A stretch of 64,000 nucleotides of DNA, from positions 47,554,001-47,618,000 of the forward strand of contig OZ241833.1 of assembly GCA_965202585.1 (NCBI GenBank). The letters are read 5' to 3'. Both the position numbers and the translations under genes were made by a program. Numbering within the stretch: position 1 is the first letter of the stretch; each line of letters opens with the position of its first letter. Below the pieces are notes generated by a model. That model saw nothing but the letters and a program-made list of their open reading frames with translations, searched no databases and was not told the origin of the DNA. The stretch is from Thalia democratica. Lineage: Eukaryota. Positions 24,151-38,800 of this stretch are shown here, in pieces.

Positions 24151-25587
24151 TTTGTTTAAAAGATAGTTTTTGTTTATTTTATTTTTGAATAGTTAAAGTT
24201 AAATATTAATGTGGCAGGTAAAATTACATATGATGTAACACACTCACTTTTCCCTAGAAAACGTTTATTGTTGCAATGGGTAGAGTTTGAGACTGATTTT
24301 TTTTTTACCATAAAAAAAAAAAAATAAAGTAGTTTTGTTAATTTTGGTATCTGGTGTTGTTAAAGAAAGGTTTCATTAAGTAAAATTGAAATAATTATAT
24401 CTGATTAAAATACTACAAAACATTTTTAGGAATTTAATAATTATTGAAACGTTAAAGTTTATCTATTTCTTTATAGTACGAGTTTAAATTTGAAGTTGTT
24501 AAACTATATTAAAAAAAAAAAAAATTGTATAAACCAGTAATGCTCTTTAACAAAAATAAAACTATATACTTAAGGCGTTGACTAATAGCTATTTTTGCAA
24601 AAGTATAACTATCTGCTTGAATGACTTGTATTTTTTTTATTCTTACAATTAACTTCACTATAGTTCATATATATAATAAGTAGTTTTTAAATCACCAAAC
24701 TAATAAGAAAACTCTGTTTATTAATTGATTTTAGAAAAAAAGCGAGATTTTTTTAAATTATAAAAAATAATGTTGAATCAATTAATAAAAAAATAAAAGA
24801 TAAAATTTTCTAAACAAGTAAAAAATAAATTGAAATTTTAACAAGGTTAGTACGTAAAAAATTTTAAACTAGTTTTGTTTGTGCTGAATTTTTCAAAATA
24901 AATGAAGTTGGCAGCACATACTTCATAAAAAAATAATTAAAAACAAAAAAGGCACATCATATACTTTTGGCCCGGAAATTACAAAAACATTCAAAAAAGT
25001 AGCGATGTTTTAAAGATAATTAAGTTTTAAATAATATAAGGTATTAACGAAATCGAAAAAAATAAAATTTGTTGAAATTTTATAACAGTATGACAAAAGT
25101 AAAACACACTGAAATATAGTAAAATGCTGTTAGATGAATGTTTATAATAGTTTTGTATTTTTATTGTACAGTTTTTAGGTAGACTTAAAAGCGCTAAAAT
25201 AGAAGTTATTGAGGTTAAAAACAAAAAATCTCATAACATGTTCTATACTAAGAATACTTTCAAAAAGTAAAGTTATTGAATCTAACTAAAAAACAGTAAA
25301 TTTAAAATAAAACTTATAAACGTTGAAAGAGCGATTTAAAGTTTTGCTATGACGTCACAACTAAACAACTAGGACTTTTCAGAGCTCTAATAACCATTAG
25401 AGGCCATCATAAAAGCTCAAAGGACAAAAAGGCAAGTTCTTGGCACTGCGGCCCCGACCGTAAACCTTTAACACATTTTTATATAAAAAAGTACCGTTGA
25501 CGAGACGCTCGTTCTGAAATTAATAAGAGAATAAATATTTTTGGAAGAGCTACTCAAGACCGCTTCTTTTTCCTGTCAAGTTTGTCT

Positions 25588-26816
25588 TCAGTCGTCCTTG
25601 GACGATTCCTTGTTGTACTTTGTCATCAGGTTTTCCCACTCAGGCAGCAGGTAATCGGCGAAAATCTCGTTGTCGACTTTGTACGCGTTCAACTCGCTTG
25701 CCAAAATCGCTCCTAAAAGTTTTAAAAATACTTGGATGAACGGTATTTTTTAACAATATGTATATTTAATAGCATTCAGTTCGTCTTTAAGAGTTAAATG
25801 TATCGAAAATAGGCTGTATTTAAATATTGTATAATAATAGGAGGAAACAAATAAAAGACAAATCTTTTATCAATACAATCGACTAGATTTTAAAAATATT
25901 TTTGTAAACCTTTTTTTTCAAACTCAAATAATTTTTTACAATACAATTATAGCAATGGTGTTATTTTTTTTCAGAAACATCTAAATTTTTTTTTTTAATA
26001 AACTGAATTGAAAGTATTAAGGTACCTAAAGTCTTAAAACTTTTTTAATTTTTATTTTCTACACTAAAAAACCTTAGTCGTAGGTTGGTTGCATACAAAG
26101 AATAGAAGTTTGTAATAAAAATATTAAACTAAATACACAAAAAAATAAGTTAATTCCAAACCTTTAGTCTTAGGTTGGTTGCATACAAAGAACAGGCATC
26201 CGTTGTAATCCACGTGCAGCTGCAATGTGACGTCACAATGAGGTCTGACGACCTCTAGTGGACATCTTTCAGGTTGGGGAGTCAAGTCGAGTTCGGTGGA
26301 CAGTTGGATCTGGTATTTGACGAAGGACACCGCCCATACGTTGAATGTTTGCAATCTATTAGAAATAGAAAAATACCTTGTAAATAGTTTTGTTTAACTT
26401 TGTTTCAATTAAGTTAAATTAGGGCGATGTCGCCAAATTTGGGGCTGTCAAGTAACCAGTAAGGCGGCAAAAAAGTAACCAACTAGATATCTAATAAAGA
26501 AGGCGAATAATTTTAAACTTCAAATTTTTCTCAAGAAATATAAATCTCTCCTTTAGTTTAATAATTCTTAATTACAATTTCAAAAGTGTAATGTTATTTT
26601 CGATCATGGATCTAACTAATCTGTAAAAATTTTGAAAAACTTTAAGTAATTTTTATTTTTTACTAGTAAGTTATTAAGTGAAACATTTTAGAGTGTAGTT
26701 ATACATATCTCTGTAATTAATTATTATACTTTACCTCCACTTATTGTATTGTTCTCTCCATTTGTTATTTTCATCATTTTCTGTGTACTCTACCATGTTT
26801 CTTGCGTTCGGATCAA
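25588..26816 (-). CDS. Last three exons of the giant gene: WAT-like helix, 4-Cys antistasin-like module, second WAT-like helix, stop
   Basis: Spliced translation: FDPNARNMVEYTENDENNKWREQYNKWRLQTFNVWAVSFVKYQIQLSTELDLTPQPERCPLEVVRPHCDVTLQLHVDYNGCLFFVCNQPKTKGAILASELNAYKVDNEIFADYLLPEWENLMTKYNKESSKDD*. Confidence 0.85.
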
Positions 26817-29800
26817 CTTTAAAAAAACAAACATGTTGAAAACTTTATTTCTGCATACGAAAATAAGTGCACGTATAATTTACATTGAAAAACTATTATG
26901 ATCTATAAGCAAGCAAACTGTAAAACAACAATAAAATAAAACTTACAAAAAATCTAACATACAGTTGAAAACTTGTATTTAATATTTTTATTTACGTTTT
27001 TGCTTATTTTTAATAAACTCACAGTCGATGGTGCTGACTTGTTTTTCTGCTCTCTTTGTGACCATTCCGTTAGTTCTAGCAACCAAATTGAAGTTGTACT
27101 CTTGTTCTGAAATAAAAAGCATAAGTTTTTGTTTTAGTTTTATGATGGTAGATAGCTAGCGTTCTAAAGTATTTGCCAAGATTCTGCAACATACTTTCTT
27201 AAAAGTAATTTAAACTTTAGTATGTTTGTTTCATGGATGTTGATAAATTCTTAAGTTTTGGTATTAAATAGATACAAACACAGTATACACTTTAACAAGA
27301 AAATTTTGGTGTATGTTGGTATAAACAAGCTTATGTTACTACTATTTGTAAAAATAAGTATAATCATTTACCAGGTTTGAGGTCATAGAAACAAGCGAAC
27401 GTGAAAGGTCCTTGCATGGCGTTCAATGTTTGGAAGTCGTCGGAAAATCCTTCGTATGAGTTCAAACTTGCTCTGTCCATGGATACTGTGAACGATTCTT
27501 TGGCGTTCTGAAAATAAATTTGTATCTAAAATTTTTCAAAAATATTCACGTAAATTAAAGAAAAACAATCAGAAGACTACACAAAGTATACTTGTGCAAA
27601 ATACTAAAAGTAATTTACTAAATAGTATACTTTAAAACCAAGTATTAAACTTAATAAAAAAAAAACCTTTTTGTTTCTGATTCTAACACACGCAGTTTCA
27701 TCATCTACTCTAATGATTTCAAAATCATCTGTAAAAAGTTTGTTACTTATCACTAGTTTGTTACTTATATTACTTATGTTCAAACCAAATGTTTTGTTAT
27801 ATTAGCCACGACTTAATGATTTCTAAGTTATTCGACGTTTATTTACATTTCTTGGAAAATAATAACTAAGTTTTTAAATGAAATCCATATAAGTTTCAGG
27901 ATTAGAAGTTGTTAATAATTTTCTAGTGTATAAAATATTGTGAATCAATGTTTCAAAGCATTCCGAAAACTTGTGTAAAATACATAATACCTACCAGCTT
28001 CAGTTGCAAATGATATTTTTTCTTCAATAAAAGTTCCATCCATAAATGCTACTTTAATTGAAGCAGTGAAGTTTGTGCCTGAGAAAAGTTTTTTTATTTT
28101 TAAGAACTTTTTATATACGAAAATCATTTTAAATAAAATAATTTGGTAAAATTTTAACGCATAATAAAGTTATCATCAAATATTTAACTTGTTATATCTC
28201 ACAAGTTATATAAATATACAGCTGGAAAAGATAAAGACTAAAATATATACTAGTTGACGTTTCCATAAAATGTATCAATAAAATAAACTTGATTAAATTT
28301 GCTTTCTTTGTAACTAAACAATAACTGACTTTACTTTCAAATTTTTTCTACTTTAACTAGTACAAGTGTTTAGATTACAAAACACTTTAACAAGTAACAC
28401 AACTCACTAAAGATTATTATAATTTATACTTTGCAGCATTGTTACCATATAGTGACACTTCAACATTATTTTTAAAAATTTTATTGAAAATACTTTATAT
28501 TTACACAAATGTTATTTTTTTAAAACTTTTTAACAATATCGTTACGCAATATTGACCGCATTAATTACATTTTCGTGAAAATATTTCAGTACTTCCGATT
28601 GCGCAAGACAGTTTTTTAATATAAGAGTTTTTTGAATGCCTAAACTTACCGCTTTAACCAGTAGCTGTACTACCGCTCGACATTGAAAGTTTAAAAAAGT
28701 AATATAAAAAGAGTTTAAAGTTGTTCAAACTTAAATAGCCTAAGCTAAAATTGAAATGATTAATACTTGATAATGTTTATATGAAAACCAACATATATTA
28801 AGTAAAAATGAACACAAAGTAAAAATGTTAAACATTTATTCTCTGAAGACTTTAATGTAGAAATTTTTACCTGTTATAAATTTTTACTACGCAAACACAT
28901 AGCAAATAGTAGAATGCTATTTTACAGTTATCCTTGTTTAACTTTATAAATAAAAACAAAAAACTTCAAATATTTCATCCTAACAAATTCTAATACCAAC
29001 CGGAAGCAAGAGGTCCGAGTTTGACGGGGGTCACCCTTCCCACCCTAGCAACCGTGATGACGTTCGGTTGCGTGGCAACTGAGCTGAACAACGCCACCTG
29101 GAACGTTGTGGCCGAACCCTCGGGCGTGGTGACCATCAGTTCCGCTTCGCTGGTTTCCACCCTAGTGATTTCAACTGTGACGTCATCGTATGAGTACGAG
29201 GAAGTAGTTTCCGGTTCGATGGTGGTTTGGGCCATGGTTGTCATTTCTATTTGTAGAAAACAAAATATATATTATTCTATTTATAATAATCAAGTGCGCT
29301 CGTTATAATTTTCGCTGGATGCAAATTGTTATTTTTTGAACCTTAAATCATAAAAGAAAACCATGACCGTAATACTTTGCGAAACAAAACTAATAGTAAT
29401 CATTGTAAGAACTTTATAAAAAAGGTTGATAACATAATGATATGTAATATAAAGTATCATTTACAAAGCAAGCACTTCAAAATATATCAATAAAACATCA
29501 TAATACCTGGATCAAATTCAGTAGTGAAGTTCTGGATGACTGTCATTGAAGTTTTATCAAACTTGTTTGCTACCAATACGACACGGTACCTTGACCCTTT
29601 GAACAAACAAAAATGAATTAGTAACAACTTTAAATTTGAACAAACGTAAACTGAAATTTCTTTAAATTAAAGTTTAACCTTAAAATGCAAAGCTGAACTT
29701 AGTTATCAAAAAATTACTTCAATTTTTTTCGTCAGTACCTTTTACAAAAAATATTTAGAGTGACTTTATAAAGTTGTCTTAGTAAGTAGTAAACTTCTTT

Positions 29801-32800
29801 GTTAAATAGCTTCAGTAAAATCAAGCTAACCATAAGTATAATTGATAAAAGTTTTTAGTGAAAATAGTAAAAATTGGGTTTTTGTATCACATCAAAATAA
29901 GTACTATTATACAATTATTTTGAGACATTTCTTTACATACATAAATTGCTGTATTTGATTAAAAACTCTTAAAACATTTATATATTTTCTAATAATTTTA
30001 CACAAACCATGATTTAGAGGCCTCAACTCGAAGGTGGTTACTTCGTCCCTCCTTCTGAAGCTCATCTTGTTCGGTTGAGGGTTTTCCCCCTTGTACAAGA
30101 ACAAATCGAAATGGTCCACGCGATCGTCGCTGACAGCCAATAAGGTTGCTTCATTCATTCCAATGTTGACAACGCGCATGGAGAACTGAATTTTTATCAA
30201 AAGTTTTCGATAAACTTTAAGACATACTTTATTAACAATAACAATTACGATTCAAATTATACAGTTTTAAATAATTTAGAATAAAACAAAACCAAATATA
30301 GTGGATAGCCTGATCGAGTTAAAAGTTTTCTTGTCATTTTCAATAGCTTTGTTTTTAGATTGCTCAATAAAACTTTGCCAGAATAAGCTAAAGTTTCTGA
30401 TGGTTTTTCAAAATTTTCATTTACAAAAATTATCTTCTTAGAAATTTACGACAACTTTATAGTTCTTGTCAGCTGAAAGAAATCTGCACATCTAAGTGTA
30501 AATTTAAAACTTTCAAACTTTGACTTACTCAATTTATGATCAGTATTAAAACTTGGCGAATATAATCTTAAGTTATTTACAAGCTTAAAATGGTTTTTCA
30601 AAAATTTTATTTTATGAACTAACTTCTTAGAAATTCACTCAACTTTTTAGTTCTTATAAGCTTCTTTTGTTTTAGAAATTAAATGTAAACTTAAAACTTT
30701 CAAATTTTTGAAATCTCAATTAATTATCAATATTAAGTTAGAATCAATACTAAAAAATCATTAAGAGAGCTTGATAAATTTCGTCGATTTCAGCATTTAA
30801 AAAAATGCAAATTTACAAACAAACTTAAACCTCGATCTCTGCAACTTGAGTTGTTGGTTGCACAGTAGTGACGTCATCTTCCTCAATTACGCCCTCAGTG
30901 GTGAAATTCAATTTTATTTGTTTTCTGCTGAAATCGGTGAAATACCCAACTATTTCAATTTCGTATGTTGTTCCTGAATTGACGTTAATAGTTATTGATA
31001 TTGACGTCTTTAAACTAAAAATAGTTTTACTTTTTCGGTTTGAAAATAACATAGCTGCATAGAAATGATTATCTGATTAAGTTATCTAACAATTGGTACA
31101 TTCTCGAAGTTCGACTTAAACAATGACTAGGAATACTATAAGCTGTCATAAAATATTTATTTTTTACATTGTTTAAGAGAAACTAAAATTATTTCCCACC
31201 AGATTTTAGTTGCGAGATTGTCTTGTCAACGAAGTTCTGTCCCTGCAACATCCTCACTCTCTCCGGTCGGGGGAAAGCCCTCATGGGATCATCTATGACG
31301 TCATAGACGAACATTTCAACCCTGGTGACGTCACTTCCGCCGAATATCATCAGGTCCGCGTCGTTTTCTCCAACACCGGTGACGTCGACGAAGAATCTGA
31401 GCAAATAAAATTGTTGATTATTAGAGAACAATAATGTATTGGAAACATAATTGAAATCACTCAGTGTTAAACTGTTTAGCACTTTGTTGCACACCAGTAT
31501 TAAGAGTTCGAAGTTGTTTTATGTATAGAAAATTTTACAATTTTACAAAATGTTTAATATTGATCAGTATTTAAGTATAAATATTTTACTATCACTCTTG
31601 GTAATTAGATTGAATTAAAATCTAAAGAGTGTTTTTTTTGTTTAAGCTACCTGATATCCATCATGTTTGTAGTGACGTCATCAGGTGCATCAGTCACGCT
31701 TCGGTCCTTCAAAGTGGTGAACCTGGTTTCGGTTGTCATGGAAACCGACCTGTCGCTGAGGAGGCTTCTCACTTCAACAGTGTACTTCGTTCCTGAGTAA
31801 AAGTGAATAAAAAGGGTTACTTTTGCATAAACTCTAAATTAATTTTCGATTCTGATACGAAGCTTATCAAACAATATTTTTTTGTTTTACTCGTGACAGG
31901 CTGACAATAAAAAACTCTCATGTTTACCTTATAATTTACAAATACCATCTCACCTGCCGAAAGCGCGTCGAACAAAACCATTGTGACGTCACTGTCCCTC
32001 GTTACAAATCTCCTGTTGGGAAAGTAGCTGCTTTCTTCGAACAGCATGACGTCATATGTCATTACGTCATCGTCCGAGGAGAAAATGACAAGTCTGGCGC
32101 CATCTTGCGTCACTTCTGTTACCTGCACAGCCAACTGTCCGCTAGACGGCGTGGTTTGCGGTTGTTGAGTTGTTTGTGTGACGTCGTCGCCGTTTGTGAC
32201 AAAGTCGAGTTCTCTGACGTAGGTTTCGTCGCCCATGGCGTACACCTTCAGCTTATAGCTTGTTCCTGAAAATTTTTCGTTGATATAAGTTTAGTTTTAA
32301 CGAAAGCTTGTGCATGTGATAAATAATTATACGAAAGTAATAAGCTTATAATTGTGGGAAACTTTTTGTAAAAAATGCAGTAAAAGCTTGTTTTAACTAA
32401 ACTCTAAAAAAGAAATTTTCAAATTAAAAAAAATCCTAAAGCTACCTATAAAACTGTTTGCAGCTCGTCAAAATTAAGTTTCTTCATTCGTACTAATTTT
32501 TTAACTAAAAAAAACAACTCTCAAACCTGGCAATAGGGGTTCGAGGACGAACTGGCTGATCCTGCCCTGCCTTGGGAACATTGACTTCCTGATCACAACT
32601 GGGGAATCACCCAGATAGTACTCGAGTTGGAAACTGTCAAAATTTGCGGAGGAGTAGACTGCTAACAGGGCGGTTGATGAGGAAACGTTGAAAATGAAGG
32701 GTTCGAACAGTTGGAGGAGTTGGGTTGTTGTGGATTGTGTTGTAGTGGGTTCTTGAGCTGTTGATAGATGTCATTGTTAACAGTTAAATAACTATGTAGC

Positions 32801-35800
32801 TAACAAAAATTTGTCAATTTAGAATTGTTATTTCTTATTATACTTTTATCAATCGATTAGTCAAGAATTGTAGATCTGTAGATAGTTTTAAAAAGATTAC
32901 AACAGATAGCTTTGTAAGTATCTAGAAACAACTTTTTACACTAATTCAGAAGTATATTCAATTACAAACTAGTAGGTCTTGTGGTTTGTTGCCTGGTCGT
33001 TTCCTGCTGAGTGTACATGGCTTGTTTTGATTCGAATGACGAGCTCTCCTTGCTCATAAACACGCTTCCGTCTTTCAAGTAAGCTCGCACGAATATCGTG
33101 TACCGGGAACCTGTTACAATGTGAGGTTTAGTTAAGATGTTCTTTTTTAGTTTTGTGCTAATATTATTGGATATACAAAATTAAACTTTAGTACTCAAAT
33201 AATTCTTTAAAATTTAAGTTTTGGTCTTATCTAAATAACAGTTTATAGTTCATCAAAAAATTTTTATAAATCTAACTTACTTAAATAAACTTCATAAATA
33301 CTTATTTCAACAAAAAATACGTTTTCTACATAGAATTGACAATAATATTATTTAATTAACTAGCTTTTGATATAATGTTACATTATGGCTTATTTTGAGT
33401 AAACTGTTGATTATACATTAGCTAGGTAAAGAAAAAAATGTTATAAAAAAGTTATTAAATACTTATTCAATTTAATGATTTATAAGCATATTTAAACAAT
33501 ATTGTTACAAAAGCTCTCAAGTAGTTGACAAAATATTTTAATAAAAAACCATTTCTACCGGATGTTTACACAAAAGTTGATATTTAAAACTCATTAAATT
33601 TGTGGTAAACGACACAAACTTTAGCAAAACTTTTCATGTATTTTGAAATTTGGTGTACCTATAATTTGTACTTAATTACATAAAACACCGCATATAAAAG
33701 TCTCTAGGCAATATAAAACTCTTTAACGAGAATTTAAACTATGCGTTGGTATTTTTGCAGATTTTATATTCTCTTAAACTTTAACAACTTTTTTTTCTAC
33801 TTTGCTTTACTTAAATTTTTTTCGACTGTTTCTTCAAAAATAAAACGTTACGATTTTAAATTTTGCTAGATTATATAAAGTGGTAACTTTTTTACGTGTT
33901 TTTATTATTAAAGTGCGATCTTTAATTTTTTATGAAGTATAGTTGTTATAAAAAATAATTGTAAAATTTTTTAATAAATTCAAAAGTAAAACCCAAATGT
34001 CTAATTTAAGCCTCTTATGAATTTAGTTACAACTATAACTTTGTTTGAATTCTAAAATCTAATGGGTTTTTTTTAATTACCTAAACCAAACAATTTACAA
34101 ATACTACATAAGTTTTGGTTCAAGAAACAAACAAGCTTAATCGATACTTAAACTACAAAAATGACACTTCAAAAGGCAAAATTACTAATATGTTACTTAA
34201 TTAAAATATCATTTTTTCAACTAAAAAAACATAATTAAATATCTAAAATCTTGTTTTGAATTAAACAGTAATATGTATATATATATATATATAGTTTACT
34301 CACCAGGTCTCAATGGAGAAAGTGTCTTTTTAACGACAGGAGCCACCCTCCTGTACGACGTGACGCTCGGCACGGTGACGTCATCTTTGTACAGCATGAC
34401 GTCAAACGACGTGACGTCATCGGAAGTGAACACGACGACGTCGGCTTCCTCTGACGCGACCCTCATCACTTGGACGGTGATCATTTTGGTGGATTGCTGG
34501 GTCGATGGGGTGATTGTGACCGGTGCAGTGGTCGGTTCGGTTTCTTCTGTTGAAAAAATTGGTTTTGTTAGATCGTATTTTGAGGTTTGTTTTCTTATAA
34601 CTTTTTTTTCAGCTTTTTATAAAAGCTTTGTTTTTTAGTTTATGTCAAATAACATCTTAAAAACATTGTTAAAATAACAAACATATTTCTACCTGCTTCT
34701 GAGGTCTCGAAAAATTGCTGTCTTGAAACAGAAGTTCCATCAACCATTAAAGCTCTAACCATCACTCTGTAGTTGGTACCTAAAATGAGAATCATTTTAG
34801 TATATTGTCGTGTCATATAGCTGTAGTTACTAACTATAACATTTAACACTTATTAATGGTGTAAGTTTTATTTTTAAGTTGGCTATTTTTAAAATATTAT
34901 CTTTTGATATCTAAACAACAAATAAAATAATATTGAACAACTAGGTAATCTTGCTGAAGTCTTTTTCATAGGACAAAAACTTATTGTTTTAAATGTAATT
35001 TGGTGTCTATTATAGACATTATAGAACTTTAAAATTTTTAAGGTAGTAGTTTTCTAAAAAATTAAGTAAATAAATCCAATCTACTGTTAATTTTCAACCT
35101 GATTCAAGCGGTTCCACGGTTGCCATGGTAACAGCCCCTGTCCTTGGCAAGTAGACCACGTGGGGTACCGAAGAGTTGTGGTACAGTTGGACCTCGTACA
35201 TTTGAACCTTGTTTCCTCCCATGAATGCCATCTCGAAACTGCCGAAATTCAAAAGTTGAGTACTTAAAGAAAATAAAAAAAGTAAAGAATTAGAGATATT
35301 TGAACCTATCAGTTTTCGTATTATAAGAACTATCTGAAAATTTGTTATAAATTAAGACAATGAAAAATTTACAATAATTATGATTACAAGTAAACTATGT
35401 AAAGAGACGTATGAAAACATTTTCTAGTTTTCCTACCAAAAAAAAAACTGAACCATTATCAAACCTGGACTCGCTAGCTCTGGTCACCTTGAAGTCGAAT
35501 ATGCCCTCCAATCCGTCTTCAGAGGTGGTAATTTCGACGCTTGGTGTCGTGAATGAGTCGGGTGTTTCGGTTGTCATGACAACCTGACTTCCGGTGGGGA
35601 AGTTTTCGAAAACGGTGCCATCAAGTGACTTCTGGTCATCAGTTCCTGAAAATCGAGATGAATTGTTTTATTTAAACAAAATTGATTTTTGATTCATAGC
35701 TGTGATTTGTAGTTATCAAAACTTAATATATGTTTGTTTAACTAGACTTCATCGAGTTGTTCATCAAGAAAAAGTAATTTATTTAGTTTGAAATTTTTTA

Positions 35801-38800
35801 CACTTTTATTTACTCAGAATTAAAAAAAAGTGCTTAAGATATTTTCTTAACAGTTTAACAAGTAATCTACCGCTGTTAAAGTAATCAGTAGTTTATTTAT
35901 ACAAATTTTCGAGTAAGTTGTTCTATCTTAGGAAATTAATTTCCAATAACTTTTAACTTTTAAACATATTTGAGTTCTCTTAACGTCAAGTTTCTTTTTG
36001 CTTTACATTGATTATAAACTTTAAAAGTTTTTATAAAACCAGGGTGTGGCAAGGCAAGCTTTACATTATTTAATATATCTTGCAAACTTTTCATGTTTTA
36101 ATTTATCTTGCAAACTTTACATGTTTTAATTTATCTTGCAAATACCACAACACACGTTTTTATACTTAAATTATTTTCTTAATTTAAGTATATGTAAAGC
36201 AGTTTTATAAATGAATTATAGTTTTTGTTATTGTTTTTTTTTACTTGTAAACTAGTAAGTTTGTAAACTATAATTTAGTACTTCAAGTAAATATAAAAGT
36301 TAAAATTTTAAAGGTTTCAAAATAATGACTGTAGTTTTATGAACTAAAGAGACATATTTTATTAATGAAAAAAGTCAAGGCAAGTTTAAGAAAGTTTTGG
36401 AGTTAGATAATAAGGAGGTTTATTTACTGAAACTTATAATTTTAGTTTTACATTAAAAACCAACTTCATATTGGTTTTTTAAAATATTTACAAAAAAATA
36501 CGCCTGCTATTTTAAGTATAGGAATTTAATTTATTTGGATTTAAAAGTTTTAAAGTTTTTAAGTTTTCTTTAAAAACTTCAACTTATATAAATCTTGTGT
36601 TGACGTTTTAAATTTTTGATATATGAAATTACTAAAAACAAATTTATCTTAATCAGGATGTTTTCACTATAAAGGGTGTGACCCTATTAGATTTACATAC
36701 TACTAACTTGACTTAACATAAAAACAAGCTTAAACGAACTTTAAACTTTCTAAGCAAAATATGTTAAGAATAAATTGTTTAATTGTTGCACGAAATAGTT
36801 TACTTGTTAAATACTAAACAATGACTTGTATTGTTTTTTTAATATCTGCTAATTATTTTATTAAGTAAATTATATCTAGTTAGTTTTGTTTCATAGTTTA
36901 TTTATAGTATGAGTTTAAGTAACTAAATTTAATTTACAGTAAAAAACAAACTATCTTTTTGCTTATACTATAATACACTTGTAACTTGATAGTAATTGTG
37001 TACTTAATTTGTAGCTCAAAAAGTCAACGCACAATTATTGTTGTTCTGAATTTTTAAAGCGTTCCAATTTGAATTATATGGAAAACTTCTTTATGTATTG
37101 CTAAGTATCAGGAAAAAGTTTTATTTTAAACTATTTTTAAGAACTCCTTTTTCCACTACTATTTATATGCAAATTATTTACCTGTAGTCTCAAAGAATGA
37201 AATTTGGCTAGAACTTGCAGAACCATCAGATACAAAACCTCTGACTCTAACTTCGAATTTGGTAGCTGAAAAAGTTAAACTAATTAGAATTTATATTTTA
37301 TATTTTAACACAACGTTTCAAGCATAAAAAAACTAAAAACTATTTCATACTATGTTTATTAAAAAAAAAATTTAAAGCTTGTGTTTTTAATTTATAAGCT
37401 ACTAAATACTAAATTAATCATGAATTTTTTAACGTCCTTTACGTATAAGGTAAACTTGTTAGCAAGACAATTGTGCATTTAACTTGACAAACCAAAGTAT
37501 AAAGCGATTTGTAGTTATTCGTATTTACTAGTAATCAATAGTTAATAAACCAACCTTTAGGAAGCTTGGTGATGACGACTCTCGTCTTGTTCTCTTCTTT
37601 TGGCGCGAAAGTGACGTATGGGAATATGACGTCATCGGCGAACAGCATCAATTGGTAGTAGTACAGATCTTCACCGCCATCTAGCGTCACAAACGCGGTG
37701 ACGTCATCGATTGTTGTTTCGACTGAGAACTTGTCGTCCACGTATTCTTCTGTTTGTTTTTAATGGGGGTTATTAGTTTGTTATGTGTTGTAAGTCTTTG
37801 TTAAATCATATTCTACCTAGTTTAAGGCAGTTCAATATTTATGTTAATTTTGTTATTTTAGTTATGTTGTATACATAAAATTGTTTTACAATTAAATATT
37901 TATAAGAAGTTGTTGTCAAAATATTCTTCTGTTGGTGGAAGTTTATTTAGTTGCTAAGAGAATTAAATATTTAATGTTCTTTTTACTCTTTTACTTATAC
38001 TTTATTTAATTTATTGTGAGTTTAAATATAATTTAATAATTACTTGTATCTATTAATCTTAAAGTTGTTCTAAGTTGTATAAAAATTTTGATTTAAAGTT
38101 TATGCTATTGTAGTAACTCAAATGACGAAGCTTATTTTCAAAGCTTTTATTTTGAACTTTTGAACGCACATAGTCATTTTTATTTTGTAGTAAAAGAACT
38201 TAAATTTTTCAAGATTTTTGTGTTAAAACTTACCAGTTGTTCTGAAGTGAACTTCTTGTTTCTTAAATGATTTGTCGCTCATTACAACTCCGACTCTCAC
38301 AATGTACTCCTTGTCTGTTAAAGTTATTTATGAATGAATAATAAAACTATAAAGAAATACAGGACATTAACGATTTACAGTTTATAACTAAACACATATT
38401 TTCAAATGCAAATGAACTTCTTAGTGCCAAATAAATATTATAAATTTTTTAGCTTTTCAAAAGTTATTTTAAATAACAGCCAAAACTCTTGCCTTTTATA
38501 TAAGTAGAATAATTAAAAACCGCACCAAATAACTTGTTATCAAAATTTTGATATAACTCACCAGCAAAGAGTCCTTCGAAATCAACGAATTCTTCCTTCG
38601 CCTTCCTGCTTACGAACCTCCTGTCAACAACAACATTCTCCCCGTCAGTTATTGACACCATGTAGCTGATGACGTCATCAGTGGAAGTGATACGCATCCT
38701 CACACTAGTGCTTGTGACGTCATACACCACCATGGTCACGTCATCTTCTGTGACGTAGACGGTCGTGTGGTCGACTGTGGTTGGTTGTGCGGTGGTCGTT

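Noticed and set aside
4381-25224. Short AT-rich ORFs (4381..4581, 11333..11569, 20685..20867, 25027..25224 and similar)
   Set aside because: F/L/I/K/N-rich translations typical of random AT-rich DNA, with no domain or splice support.
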